Made by a program: the position numbers and the translations under genes | The notes under the pieces: generated by a model | Told to the model about the DNA's origin: nothing | Databases searched by the model: none | Seen by the model: only the letters and a program-made list of their open reading frames with translations | Part shown: in pieces, positions 22,395 through 34,727 of the stretch | Numbering within the stretch: position 1 is the first letter of the stretch | Layout: each line of letters starts with the position of its first letter | From: Anthoceros angustus | Lineage: Eukaryota > Plantae > Anthocerotophyta | Length of the DNA stretch: 64,000 nt | NCBI GenBank assembly: GCA_010909165.1 | Contig: VJWM01000318.1 | Coordinates: 1-64,000 of the forward strand | Direction: 5' to 3'

Positions 22395-24850
22395 GTGATT
22401 TAGCCCCAGAGATGTAAAAAATAGGAGGAATTGGTATTCTAGTATAAGGAAATTAGGAAACTAACATCACCAAGGAGAAAGGGGCCACGTGGCACACATC
22501 CTGTATAGGTGCAGGATAGCAACAGTTACTTTTTCTAACCCTTGGGTGACTTATAAAAGTGAAGCTGGCAGTGTGTCTGCAGATGAAGGCCATAATCAGA
22601 ACTTGAGGACTCACCACAAAGAAAAGGCGCCTGGGCCATCACCTCAAGCTTCCCAAGGCTCCCATACAGCAACGCGCCTGCATACGCCCGTGCTGAGGAG
22701 GAGAAGGAGGGCGATGAGTCGCTAGCGAGGCGAAATCACGCGCCCAAGAGGAAGAAGGTAGGAAACAGGAGGAAGCAAGAAGGGAGAAGAAGGTTAAAGA
22801 ACCCAACACCCTGCTGCTCGTGGAGGGTGACCCTAGGAGGGTCTGGAGCGTGGCAAGATTGCTAGAAACCTGTGAAGGGCTCCAAATTGCTGTGCGTGGT
22901 GAGTCCTGGGGAATTTCAAGAGTCAGAGGAAAAATCTGCCTCGGGACGCCAAGGTAAGGGACTGGCAAGTATGAGAGCAAGGCGGCCCGAGTGACCTTTG
23001 AGCTGTGCGGCAAGAGCAAACTGAGGAGGAGGATCCAACGCTACTAAGGATAAGAATGCGGTTGAGCCGCAGGAACTGCCAGTGAGGACAGGCGACTCTT
23101 CTAGTCAATTCCTCTGCGGGGAGAAGGGTGACTAATTCCAAGGAGGCCATGACCAAGCCCACCATGACCAAGGCAAGGCAGGTAGCAGCTAAGCGCGAAG
23201 GAGCATCCACCAAGGAGGGCGCGGAGCCAGCAAGAAGTCTGCTACAGGAAAAGGAGGCTTAATTCGGAGGCGTGTGAAATTTGACATGCCATTATTTGGC
23301 TGCATACTGCAGGCCAGCTGTCCTCTATGAGACCTCAGACTTTTGACCAAGCAGAGGAGAATATTCGCCAGAGCAGTAATGGGCGACATTGGTCTTGACA
23401 CCAGGAAGCCTTCTGAATCTGATAGAGGAGTGCTGCTAATTTGCAGCCAGAAAGCGGCATTGAGGAACGGTCACCACGGACAGGGAACACACAGACGGAG
23501 TGGTCGACCTACCCTCGATGAGTTGGAGCCTCTGATGATAGGATGCATACGCGTGACCAGCGTAAGGCGTCGGAGAAGGCGATAGCGCAATCAACGCTGA
23601 TGGAAGGAACGAGTGGAAAGTGCTTTTGCATCACTGGATCTCTCCCAAGGGAGCCTCAATTTATGCAAGGGGCACAAGGCTAAGTCCAAGAATCCGCTGG
23701 CTGGGACGGACCAAAAGTCTTGGACGCCCAAGTGAGATTGTTCATACAAGAATTGTTTTGGGCTTGGTGAGCAATCCAGCGTGTCATTTCAGCACTACCT
23801 TCCATTTTCTATGGAAGATCAGCGGTCAAGGAGTTGGGTCGGATTGGGGTTTATCATGTATGAAGCATACACCTACCACCGGAGAAGTTGGGTTGGAACC
23901 GTCACCATCGCTACGATGAAGATAAAGTTACCAATTGGTCAGGCTATCTTAGCACTTATCTAGTGCATTTAGGAATGGGAAGGATAGAGGGCTACCTACA
24001 AGTAAGGAGTTGGATGATTCCAAGCATCCATGGCAGATATTGCTAGAATAGTACTTACACCAGGAGATTGTGGAGTAGACTTGGTGCTTTAGCGCCTAAA
24101 TCTTTGGAGGTGCCGGGCAAGACCAATTGGGACATTATTGGGCCGAAGGAATCAAAGATAGGCCTGCAGGATGCAGGAGGACTTGCAAGGAGGAAGTTGC
24201 AGGGGGTTTTGAAGCTTGGACCATGGAGGATGTGAGATGGAAGTTGCAGGATAGATCCTACCATGGCGGTGAAGTCATCACAGGGTGGGAGGTATTCCCA
24301 TACGTTGGTTTGTGACCCCTTTGCTCCTCATGTACAAGACCCACGTCTGCATTGTGAACTAGTCGTCACAGTAGAGAGGAAGTAGTCCTACTATGGTCAG
24401 AGCTTGGTAAGGGAACTTGCTCACTACTGCAAGTGCCTAAGCAAGTGCTCCTTGTGGGAATCGAGAATTCTTTGTGGAAATTGCTTTTACTTTGGGTGTG
24501 TGTAAAATGCCCAAGTGACTCTAAACGAGGGTAGTTCTGAGCCCATCATAGGAACTCGGATGTAAGAGGTTCTCCCAAGGAGTCACAAAGGTGTCAAACT
24601 CATAGCCACGTAAGGAAGAACTTCTTTGGAGTGGTGGATGCGGACCCAGGGCGGTTGTGCTTGGTAGAGTGATCGAAAAGCCGATGTGACGAGTTAGACT
24701 AGGAGAGTTAGAATTCTTGAGGAGGATGAGGAGATGAGTAGAGGGGACCTCAAGAGGTGTAGGAAAGTTAGTGGGGGCACCTGGTGAGTATGGGCGAATC
24801 CATAAACCCAGTCTGCACGAGGATGTTATGGAGGATGGAGCAGCTCTGGC
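22395..24850 (+). repeat. Diverged, internally deleted type-A-like LTR fragment
   Basis: Colinear with 25340-27100 (G-box 22484, TATA 22552, ORF motifs FSTTFHFLWKISGQG), then jumps to distal LTR motifs. Confidence 0.7.
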
Positions 24851-25440
24851 CACAGGTGGAGAGTTTGGGTCTTTGCTAGAAATGGTTTGGTGAAGACATG
24901 CAAGGAAATTTTTGCTCCTTTTGAGCGGAGTTGTAGGACCATGTCGGGAAGGCAGAGGATATGCAGGGAAAAGAAACGGGTCAAAACGACCTTTGGTGAG
25001 GAGAAAAGGTAACCTACATGAGTGGTAGGAGGTGTCCTACCACCGTAGAGAAACTCCTACCATGGTGAGAGGGTAGGAGATCCTACCACCGTAGGAGATG
25101 ACCACCGCTAGTGTTTTGATCACCTACCGTGTAGGAATAGCTCCTACCATGGTAGGAGGGTAGGAAGGTATCCTACCGCCGTGGAGTGGTAGGAGAAGGG
25201 AAAACGCCTACCATGGTAGGAGGATGTCCTACCAGTGGGAGATGGGTTTCTAAGGAAGTAGCTTATGTTTTAGGCAGATAGGCTTGCTATATAGAGTCTT
25301 TTAGTGGACTAGATAAATAGGCCAAAATAGGTAATTAAGAAATTAGAGGCTAATTTTCAGTAATTAGAAATTAGAAAATAGGGAAATTGGTATTTTAGTA
25401 TAAGTAAAATTAGGAAACTAACATCAATGGTGGAGAAAGG

Positions 25441-25511
25441 GCCACGTGGCACACATCCAAGGGCAGGATAGAATGGTAGTTACTTTTCTAACCCTTGGGT
25501 GACTTATAAAA
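25441..25511 (+). promoter_or_regulatory. Proximal LTR promoter: G-box GCCACGTGGC plus TATAAAA
   Basis: G-box 25441-25450, TATA 25505-25511; same pair at 22484/22552 and on minus strand at 45042/44981; TATA also at 35396. Confidence 0.55.
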
Positions 25512-25515
25512 GTGG

Positions 25516-28500
25516 TTGCAGTGCTGCGGCTCGAAACTTGAGGAGCGGCCTCCAGAAGGCGCCGCCACACCTCAAGCTGCCCAAGGCCCCCAGCAAGCGC
25601 CCGTACACCAGCCTGTGTTGAGGAGGAGAAGGAGGCGCAAGCTCAGGGAGGAAATCCGGCGCCCAAGAGAGGAAGAAGGAGGAAAAGAGAAGAAGAGAAG
25701 GGAGAAGAAGGTTGGGGCAACACTTGCCAAGCTCGTGAGGGTGCCTAGGAGGGTGGAGCGTGGCAAGATTGCTAGGAAACCGGAAGGGCTCCTAAATTGT
25801 GGCGTGTAAGAGTCCGTGGGAATTTTGTGAGCTTTCTCTTGCAGGAGAAATCGGGGTTTTGGGGGCGCCAAGGTGTAAGGGCTGGAGGAGAGCAAGGGCA
25901 AGGACCTTTGAGCTGTGAGCAAGAGCAAATCGAGGAGGAGAAACGTTTGCAAGGAAGTGAGTCTGCAGGTGCAGGAGAGGCATCACTTTTCTTCAATTTC
26001 GTGCAAGTACTAACCAAGGAGGCCATGACCAAGCCTACCATGACCAAGGGCAAGGAGGTAGTAGCCAAGGAAGGAGCGTCCACCAAGGGAGGTGGCGCAG
26101 GAGCGGGCAAGAGGTCTAAGGCAGGAGGATCAGACCCCGGAGGGTGGAAATTTGACATGCCATTATTTACGTGCTATGCAGGCCAGCTATCCTCTAGAGA
26201 CCTTTCAGACTTTCGACCTTGGGCAGCAGAGGAGAATATTCAGCTAGAGTGGGTGTATGGGCGACATTGGTCTTACACCAACCTTGAATTGATAGAGAGT
26301 GTTTTGCTAATTTGCAGGACGGAGGAATTGGCCGCCTTAGGATAGGCGCAGACGGATCCACGGTGTTGGAAGGAGCATACGCCCGGTATATGGGTAGGAT
26401 AGCGAGGATAGCGGAATCACGTTGATGGAAGGAACGAGGCAAGCGTGCATCAACGGATCTTCCCAAGGAGCCCTTACCCTTATGCAAGGGGCATGAAGGC
26501 TAAGAATCCAAGAACGGTTGGCGACGGACCAAATCTTGGAGCCCAAGTGGAGATTGTTCACAAGAATTGTTTTGGGCTTGGTGAGCAATCCAAGGGTGTC
26601 ATATTTCTACCTTCCTCCATTTTCTATGGAAGATCACTCAAGGAGCGAAGCCGGATTGGGGCTCATCATGTATGAAGCATACACTACCAAAAAGTTCAAA
26701 ACCCAACGTCGGATGAAGACAGGTCAAGGCCATGCTATCTTAGCACTTATCTAGTGCATTTGTGGGAAGTAGAGGGGCTACTCACAAGTAAGGAGTTGGA
26801 TGATTCCAAGCATCCCTTTAACATTGTGTACTTACACCGGGAGAGGGACAGTGCTTGGTGCTGCGCTAAAGGAGGTGCCGGCACCACACAGGACATTATT
26901 CGGAAGGAATCCCTCCGAAAGATAGGCCGGAGGATGTGCGGGAGGACTTGCAAGGAGAAGTTGTAGGGGATTTGAAGTTTGGACCGCAGGATGCGGAGAT
27001 GGAAGGTAGGATAGATCCTACCATGGGAATCCGCTGCGAGGGTGGGAGGTGTTCCACGTGGTTTGGGACCCCTTCGTCCTCTCATGACAAGGCCTACGGT
27101 GGCGAATTAGTCCTACCACGGTGGAAGTAGTCCCACTGGTGAGCACCTCCTACCACGGTAGGAGGAAAGGAAGTCACGGTTTGGAAGCTCCCAAGGGAGA
27201 TAAGAAGGCAACCGGCCCTAGGTGGGCGGCGGATGGAGTCACGGTGGGAGGGTTGCCCACCAAGTGATGAGCGGGAGCTCATCATAGGGAAGCAAGGGAT
27301 GTAAGATCCCATGAGCAAGGCAAAGGCCTTGAGTCTCCCGGAGGTAAGAAAGGAGACTTAGACATGTTGGAGGAGATCTGCGCAGGAGATGTTCAAGGTA
27401 GATGGAGCCGCCAAGAGGAGAGTTGAATTCTTGAAGACGGAGGCGGAAGACAAGGACCTACCAAGCAAGGGAAATTGCGGGTAGGCGGCGGAAACCCAGT
27501 GAGGAGGATGTTATGAGGATGGAAGCTCAAGTGGAGCACTTGGAAAGAGTCTTGAAACAAGGCTAAGGCAAACAACATATTCGGAGAACAAGGCTCTTAC
27601 CAAGCAATTGGCAGCTCGAGAGGAGAAGGTGGAGCAACTTGCTCACATGGTGCGCATGGGAAAAGAAGGCGGAAGACAAGCAAGTCTGCTAATGGAGGAA
27701 AGGTCAAGACGAGAGCAATCTGCAGCAAATGAGGGCAAGGCAAGTAGGCACATGAGCGGTCATAGCCACAGTGTGAAGATTAGTGACATGGAAAAGGAGC
27801 TGGGAGAAATCCGAGGCTGGAATTGAAGGAAGAAGAGGTAGTTGTCTAAGAGGAGGAGAAGGTTGTGCTCACGACAACAAGAGGAAGGAAGTTGTTGAGG
27901 AGTTGCCGATCAAGGGTGAGGGTCAAGAATTCGAGCCCGTTAGTACTCGAGGTACATCTTCCGCTCTCGCAAGAGAAGGACTTTTCGTGGATTGTCGAGC
28001 TCTTCTAGCTTGATTTTGTCGTCGTAGAGGAGGAAGGCAAGAGGGTGAGATTTGGCAAAGGAGAAGTTGGGGTATGAAATCTAACGCTAATATTTCGCAA
28101 GGTCTTGATCAATTATTGCCCAACTTGCTGCCCTTTCAACCTTGCTTGTTAGGAGGACGAGGCGCTTGTGTGCCCAAGTCTGTATAGTACATCCCGCTTG
28201 GTGCAGCATTTGTTTACGACAGGTGGAATTCTGGGAGGTGTGCCCACGGTTTTGTGGACGCCCTTGACCATGATAGGAGGAAGCAGGTGGTGGGAGTCAC
28301 ACCAACAGCCCGCCAGCAGATGTGAGATTTGGGGAGAAGAACGGACACATTTTGTCCAAAGATTGGAAATGGAAGCAGAAGTCCAGCGGAGAGTGCACAA
28401 CTCCCTAGGAGGATAGGGAGTTGGAGGAAGAAATGGCAAAGGAGAAAGGCCGTCATGAGGCGTGGTGCAGCATATGTTGGCGGTGAGGAGGCAGATTTGG

Positions 28501-29083
28501 TGATTATGCCCTACAAGAGATTGATCCGCTGCAGAATGAGAGGACGGAGAATGTGGCTCTCCATGTCAAGACCGGTGAGCTGGCCTTGAGCGAGATGCTT
28601 ACAAAAGCAAGTGTGAGCATGGAGTATGGCTTGAGGATTACAGAATTGGAGATGGCACAACAACGATTTGCAGCCCATCTTCACAACAAGGTGCTCAAGG
28701 CCACTAACGAGTTGTTGCGACTTCTGAGAGGAGGATGTTGGGACCTCATGATGATGATAGGGAGGCCCTCATGCAAGTCCAACCGGAAGCCTTAGACTTG
28801 GAGAGTGTCCCAAGCACAGGGTGAAGAAACTTGCACTGTGGAGAAGCAAGTGAAGCGGGAGAAGCACGGTGGAGAATCACCCGGGAAGGGGGAAGAAGAA
28901 AAACGACCCGGTAGGAACTCCTACCGTGGTAGGAGGAGTTCCTACCGTGGTAGGAGGGACTCCTACCGTGGTAGGAGAAGGTCCTACCATGGTAGGAGGG
29001 CCAGCAGATTCAAAGGTGCTAGCATGGATTTGACAAGGGAGGCGAGTACCTTGGCCCTTGCAGAAAGAAGGAAGAGGGGTTGA
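25516..29083 (+). pseudogene. LTR-embedded ORF of type-A LTR (basic N-terminus, plant-transposon-protein-like core, coiled coil)
   Basis: Chain of overlapping ORF fragments: KFDMPLF..IQLEWVYGRHWSYTNLELIE..KWRLFTRIVLGLVSNPRVSYF..HLWEVEGLLTSKELDDSKHPF..coiled coil. Confidence 0.65.
28917..28999 (+). repeat. 4 x ~21 bp tandem repeat, each containing the palindrome CCTACC-NN-GGTAGG
   Basis: actcctaccgtggtaggagg-type units; read as SYRGRR repeats; similar blocks at 1420-1495 and 38245-38320. Confidence 0.85.
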
Positions 29084-30386
29084 TCTTGCAGAATGGAGCA
29101 AGAATCACAAGGAGAAGACCAACCTCCTAACATGGGTGCAGCAAGGAGCTCACTTGCTCCACAAGTGAGAGGAAGAGGAGAAGGCGAGGATGAGCCGGTG
29201 GCTAAGAGAGCCCGGCTATTTTATTGGAGGAAGGAACTCAAGATAGGCATCAAGATAAGGAAGGGATTCATAAGAAGTCCTTAAATTAGCTTGAAGACAT
29301 GGGCAAGATGCCACTTGGGAAGACTTTTCTTTAGAGGAGGATGCATTAATGCTTGTCAGAGAGTGTGTTGACTAGCTAGATAGGAATGTTGTGAGCCATT
29401 AAGGCTCACATAGGTGAATTTAGAATAGAATTTTACCCAAGATGCTTGGATGTCGAACTTAAAGTCAATAGGATACACTAAAATAAGGAGTAAGGCGTGC
29501 GGGGAGGCGCCGAGGCTGTGAGGACCTCCCTATAAAAGGAGGGGAGCTTGTGAAGTAAAATTATCGTGTCTTGCGCTCCCATCCTCCCGAGTCCTTCACT
29601 TTGTGCAGAATTTCGCCAAGCCAATGTCTCGTAGAGAGGGAGAACGCGCGGTCGGAGTCTGGGTGGAGGCTTGCTCTTTGCAGGCCCCAGCTCCCCTTGT
29701 GAATGGTTGTTGTGAATTGTTTTGCTTTGAGTGTGTGGCGATGCTCAAGGAACTCTCGGCTTGAGGGTAGACTAGGAAAGACTCTGGAGGTTCTCTGCGG
29801 TACAAACCACATAGCAACCGCCCAAGGAAGAACTCGTTAATTTCGACGGACCCAGGCATTGTGCCGTAAGGGCGAGTTGGAATTAATGAGCCAGCAATTG
29901 GTGTTAGAGTAGGAGATTGTGGAGGAAGGAAGGGTAGATGAGTAGAGAAGAAGGGCGTTGTTGATTGAGAGAGTTGTGAGGAGGATTAGAGTGTAGGAAA
30001 AGCGGAAGGCCAGTGCGAGCCTAAGGGACGAATCCCTGCAAGTAAGAGGGCGCTCCCTGGAGAAGAGTGTCTTAGGAGTAGGGACGGTTGCGGTGTGGGT
30101 CGGGGGTCCCGGCATGGGCACCTTCGTTAAGACGTAACTGCAATTGTGTGGTGTCGTTGTAGGTTGAGGTTTGGTGAGTTCTGGCGGCAGCGTAGCTGCA
30201 GGGAGCGTGAGAGGGCGCCTTGCTTGTTTAGAAGGCTGAGGTAGTGTGTAGCTGCGGTGGTGTGATTCTCAAGATTCGGCTTCCCCAAGTCTCATGGGAC
30301 GCCAACCCAGCGTCTGAACGACGGTGGGATAAGTGTGGCCGCTAGAGGGGAATCTCGGGAGTGCCCCGGGTTTTCCTCCCACATTT

Positions 30387-30402
30387 TGGCCGTTGCGGGA
30401 CT
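30387..30402 (+). other. Degenerate tRNA-Asp PBS of A1
   Basis: TGGCCGTTGCGGGACT after CA-TTT. Confidence 0.8.
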
Positions 30403-30629
30403 TGTGGGTCCATTGAAATTTTGAGATTTTCGTTGCTAGCTTGCGATGAGCTGAGAGATCTTGTAAGGAGGTAGGCGGGGTCTAGGAAGAGCCTACACGT
30501 CCTGGAACCCGTGCGTTGTGAAGGAGGAGCTCCACGCCTCCCGTGTGATTTTGTGTTCTGCAGCAAGAATGGCGCATGGCGGGTTGGCTGATTTTTCTTT
30601 AACAACCGTGTTTTGGAGGCTATGAGGAT

Positions 30630-33600
30630 GCTTGCAGATGTCTAGCGGAGGGGAGGGAGAGGAGAAAACCATAGGAGGTCACCCCACACATCGCAAGAGA
30701 TCTAAGAGCTGCAAGAAGAAATCAATGGAGGGGAGGAAAAGCGGTGGTTGCACGCTCGGAGGAGGAAGAGCTAAGGGGCTTGAGGAGGAGGCCGTTTTGC
30801 CCTTGCCTACAAGGGGAGCCAAGTGATCCAGGAAAACGCTTCGGAGAAGGGACGTCGAAATCACCGGCAGTGAAACAAAGGAGGTGGTTGAAGAGGAGTT
30901 GGTATGTGAAGAGGAGGAGGAAGCACCGCTTTGAGCGATTCAAGTTCAGCTACCAGCAGGCCTTCTCAACGCTGGACCTTCGTGGTGGTGATCTAGCTCA
31001 ACTTCCAAGCAGTGAAGGTGGGGTGAGCGTGGGGAATTGCGTGGTCTCAAGATCTTGCGGGCGCTGATAGAATCACGCTCACTCACATCTTGGGACGCAC
31101 ACCTAGGGAGACACCATCCCGTCCCAATCTTTTGTGCAGACACCCCTTGAGAACTTTGGTTGGAGAATTTACTGCAGGAGAGGAAGGGAGTGTGAGTTCG
31201 CCTAGCTCATCTGGACCAAGCAACATGAGTGGAGCAGGAGTAGGAGGGATTTGCTGTTTGGATAGTTGTGTGTTGAGGGGTGTGAGCGTGCTTCGAAGTC
31301 TAGTCGGGGAGGAGGAAGTAATTTTAGGAGTTGAGAGGAGATCACCCCGTCTTTTCGCAAGGGATTTGTGAACTGAATGGAGAAATCATGTGTGAAGAAA
31401 GCTTAGTTGCTGCTGATGTGCAAAGGAAGAAGCGGAGGAGAGCTCTTGGGAGGAAGCTACATGTGCTAACATCTTCAAGGGTTCCGTTGAGGAAGAAGAG
31501 GTAGTTGTCTAAGAGCAAGAGGAGGTTGTGCTCACGGACAGCGAGAGGAAGGAGGTTGTTGCCGAGGAGTTCGATCAAGGGTGAGGGTCAAGAATCCGAG
31601 CCTGTTAATAATTTCCAAGGTACATCTTCCGTTCTTGCAAGAGGAGGACTTTTTGGCGTGGATTGTTGAGCTCTTCTAGCTCGAGTTGGTCGTCGAAGAG
31701 GAGGAAGGCAAGAGGGTGAGATTTGGCGGTGGAGTTGGGGTACGAGATCTAATGGTGAGCTTTGCAAGGTCTTGATCATTACGCCCATCTTGCTGCCCTT
31801 TCAACCTTGCTTGTTAGAGGGAGGCGCTTGTGTGCCCAAGTCTGTATACATCCCGCTTGCAGCATTTGTTCGCCCGACAGGGGAAGTTTCTTGGGAGGTG
31901 TGCCCATTTTGTGGACGCCTCAACCATGAGTGGAGGAAGTGGAGGTGGTGGAAGTCACACCCGCAATATGTGAGATTTGGGGAGAAGCAACAAAGATGAT
32001 GAGGCTTTTGTGCAAACTTTGAACATGTGACTCATGCGAATTTGGAAGTCTCAATGTGGATTGTCTCCAAATTTTCCTAGAGTACTTGAGGTCATAGTGT
32101 GGTATAGTCACACGATGGAGCTGCATCACCATTGGATTGGGATGATTTGAGAGCTGTATCTTTGAACCGGTTTTGTGGCTTAAGCTATGCACATCATCAC
32201 GTTGGTCCGGTTGAGGACTCTGCGAAGGAAGAGGAGGAGTCTTGTATGATTACATAGAGAGAGAGTACCACCACGGCCACGAAGGATGTAGCCTTCAAAA
32301 GCAAGGCCTATGGTATGACCTTTCTTGATAAAGGTTGGGAAAGCAGTGTAGGAAGGAGTTAGAGGAACACATGTAGATCCATGTGCCATAGAAAAATTAG
32401 AGCTAGAATGTGGTAAGGTGGTGAAGATTTCTAAGTGTAGAGGAGATGGTAGAGTTTAAGAAGGTGCGGGGAAGAGCATGAATGCAGGTTTCATTTTCGA
32501 GGAGAGCGACTTGAGGCCCGATGATTTCCGACGAGGAGTTGGTTGCCACGGCCTGGGTCAAGGGGAGGACGTGAGCATGTTGTAGACGGCCTAAGTTGAT
32601 CAGCAAGCCTTGCTGCCAGCAGAGAGGTCAAATGAGCAAGAAGGAGCGCGTTGTGAAAGGCGGCAGGACAATCTGGAAATCCGAGAGGATAAAGGGCGCC
32701 AGTATGGGCGCGAGGAGGAGGCTGGAATGCTCCTCAAGGGTGAGCAGTCGAGGGCTGCAAGTGGAGGCCAGGTTGGCAAAGAAAAGAAAACGGAGCGTGA
32801 GCGTGAGGCGCCCACTTGGCGAGGTCATGGCCGGGCGCCATGGGGCCGCGAGGAGAGAAGGCCCTAGGGAGGTGGACACGCGGTGAGGAGGAGATGCATC
32901 CCATGAAAAGTTTGAGCGGCGGGAGAAGTTGGCGATTCATGGGAAATCACTCAAAATTGGCCATGGAGTGCAGCAAGGCGAGGAGGTCGCCATGGGAGCG
33001 AGCTGGACCTGGACACGAGGCTAGACCAGCAGAATGGAAGAAATCGAACTTGGAGGAGGAGCATGCGCAGGTCGAACTTGCATGGACAAAGCGGGAGAAA
33101 CGGTTTTGTGAATGATGCATGCCGTGCTGCTGTGTGGCGAGCTAGCAGGAGGCCACGATGGTGGCAAGGATGATGGAGAAATTGAAGAAATCTTGGAGGA
33201 AGGAGAAGTGGCACACAAAATGGTGTCGAGGCTACTGTCTTTGAGCCAGGAGCGGATGGCTTTATGGTGATGTGTATGAAGGAGGATTGTGGAGAAATCA
33301 CACCTCAAGATATGCTTTTGCAAGAAGGAGAGTCGACCAATTCACGGTGAAGAATTGCGCAGCTGTAAGGAGATTTGCTAGGCGCGATCTAGTCAGAGTC
33401 TAGAAGGTCGGAGATGGTGTACCAGCGATGATGCAATCCACCAGGCACATACTGTCGGCATGCGCGAGAAGCTAGTTTGTGGGCCGAGTTGAAGGCGGGG
33501 TTGTGGCCGCCAACATCCACTGGTGAACAAGATGGAAACAAGCAAGGCGTGGCTGGCCTAGAGGCTAAGAGCAAGTCTTGCTAGAAAGCCAAGGATCCGT

Positions 33601-34715
33601 GAAGGGAGTTTTGTGCAGGAGATGTTGACCTAATGAATTGGGATTCGAGCGAAAGGTGAGCATCAAGAGGGCTGCAAGTGGAGGCCAGCAAGTTGGCAAA
33701 GGGAGAAGAAACGGAGAATGGAGGACTCATGGCGTGTGGGAAGAGCTGATGGAGCCTGAGTAGGGGCGGCTCGAGGATGGTGTGCATGGAAAGGAGCTGA
33801 AGAATGATCAAGCTTGTGACAGAAAGGAATTGGGAATTCATGAAGGAAGCCACTTTTTGTGGAGGTACGGCGTCGAGAGTATTGTCGTCCAGCTAGCTTG
33901 GGCCAGAGCCTAAGGTTACATGGCATAGCAAGAAGAAAGTTGGTGCATGAGCGTGGATACAGGCCGTGATGCAAGGCAGGATCCACGGGTCATAATGTAC
34001 ATGGGGTGCCACCAGTCCGTGGTGGAGGAGGTAGGAAGTGGCGAAGTGCATGGGAAGAGGAGGTTAGAACGTGAAGGACTCCCATGTCCACGTTGAAGGT
34101 GAGGAAATTTCTTGGAGCACGGAATCATCGATAGTTTGTCTAGGGAAGGGCACTGTCTTTCTTAGAGCCTTATTGTTAAGAGATGGGGTCTTATAAGCTT
34201 GGTTTGATGAGAAGATGTTGTTTGAAGGAAGGAAGCTTCTCTTCTTAAAAAGCATGCGGAAAGGGTTGGAGGCCATTATTCTAATCACGTGAAGAAGATC
34301 TTAGATGGGGATTGTGGGCTTCTAATGGAGAAAGTGACTATATTTAACGAATGATGCCATTGAATTTAGTACCTACCATAGAATCATGGAGGATGAGCGA
34401 GATGAGGAGAGTCGGAAGTTAGACTAGATCTTTCATGAGCATGAGGAACGAGGGAAGATGCTTTAGAAGAAACTCAGAGCTTAGAAAGGATAGGCATGAT
34501 GGGAAGTTGAGGCAAGAAGCTATCATGGGGATTTGGTTCTTCTATATGATAGCGATATATGGACTTTTGGAAGCTTAGGTTGAGATGGATGGGACCTTAC
34601 GAGGTGGTGGCATGAGAATGGATCCCAACCACGTGCGGATGGGGATTTCGCAACTAGAGTGAATGGGTGGAAGGTTAAGAAGTACCTTGATGAGGAATGT
34701 TTGCGAGGACGCAAA
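30630..34715 (+). pseudogene. pol: Deleted internal region of A1: 5' ORF, gag-core relic, pre-RT, RH tail, linker, integrase ends
   Basis: CPFCGRLNHE near 31907; LQIF..WYS..WDDLRAV near 32060-32180; RT-RH missing near 32475; integrase core missing near 34315; ends GWKVKKY. Confidence 0.75.
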
Positions 34716-34727
34716 CAGAGAGGAGTA

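Larger units (their letters stand above)
24856..30383 (+). repeat. 5' LTR of A1 (type A, with ~500 bp insertion)
   Basis: Colinear with 34728-39718; ends TTTTCCTCCCACA before the PBS. Confidence 0.85.

Noticed and set aside
28917-28999. CRISPR-like array of palindromic repeats
   Set aside because: Spacers are only 5-8 nt, the context is a eukaryotic LTR, and there are no cas genes.
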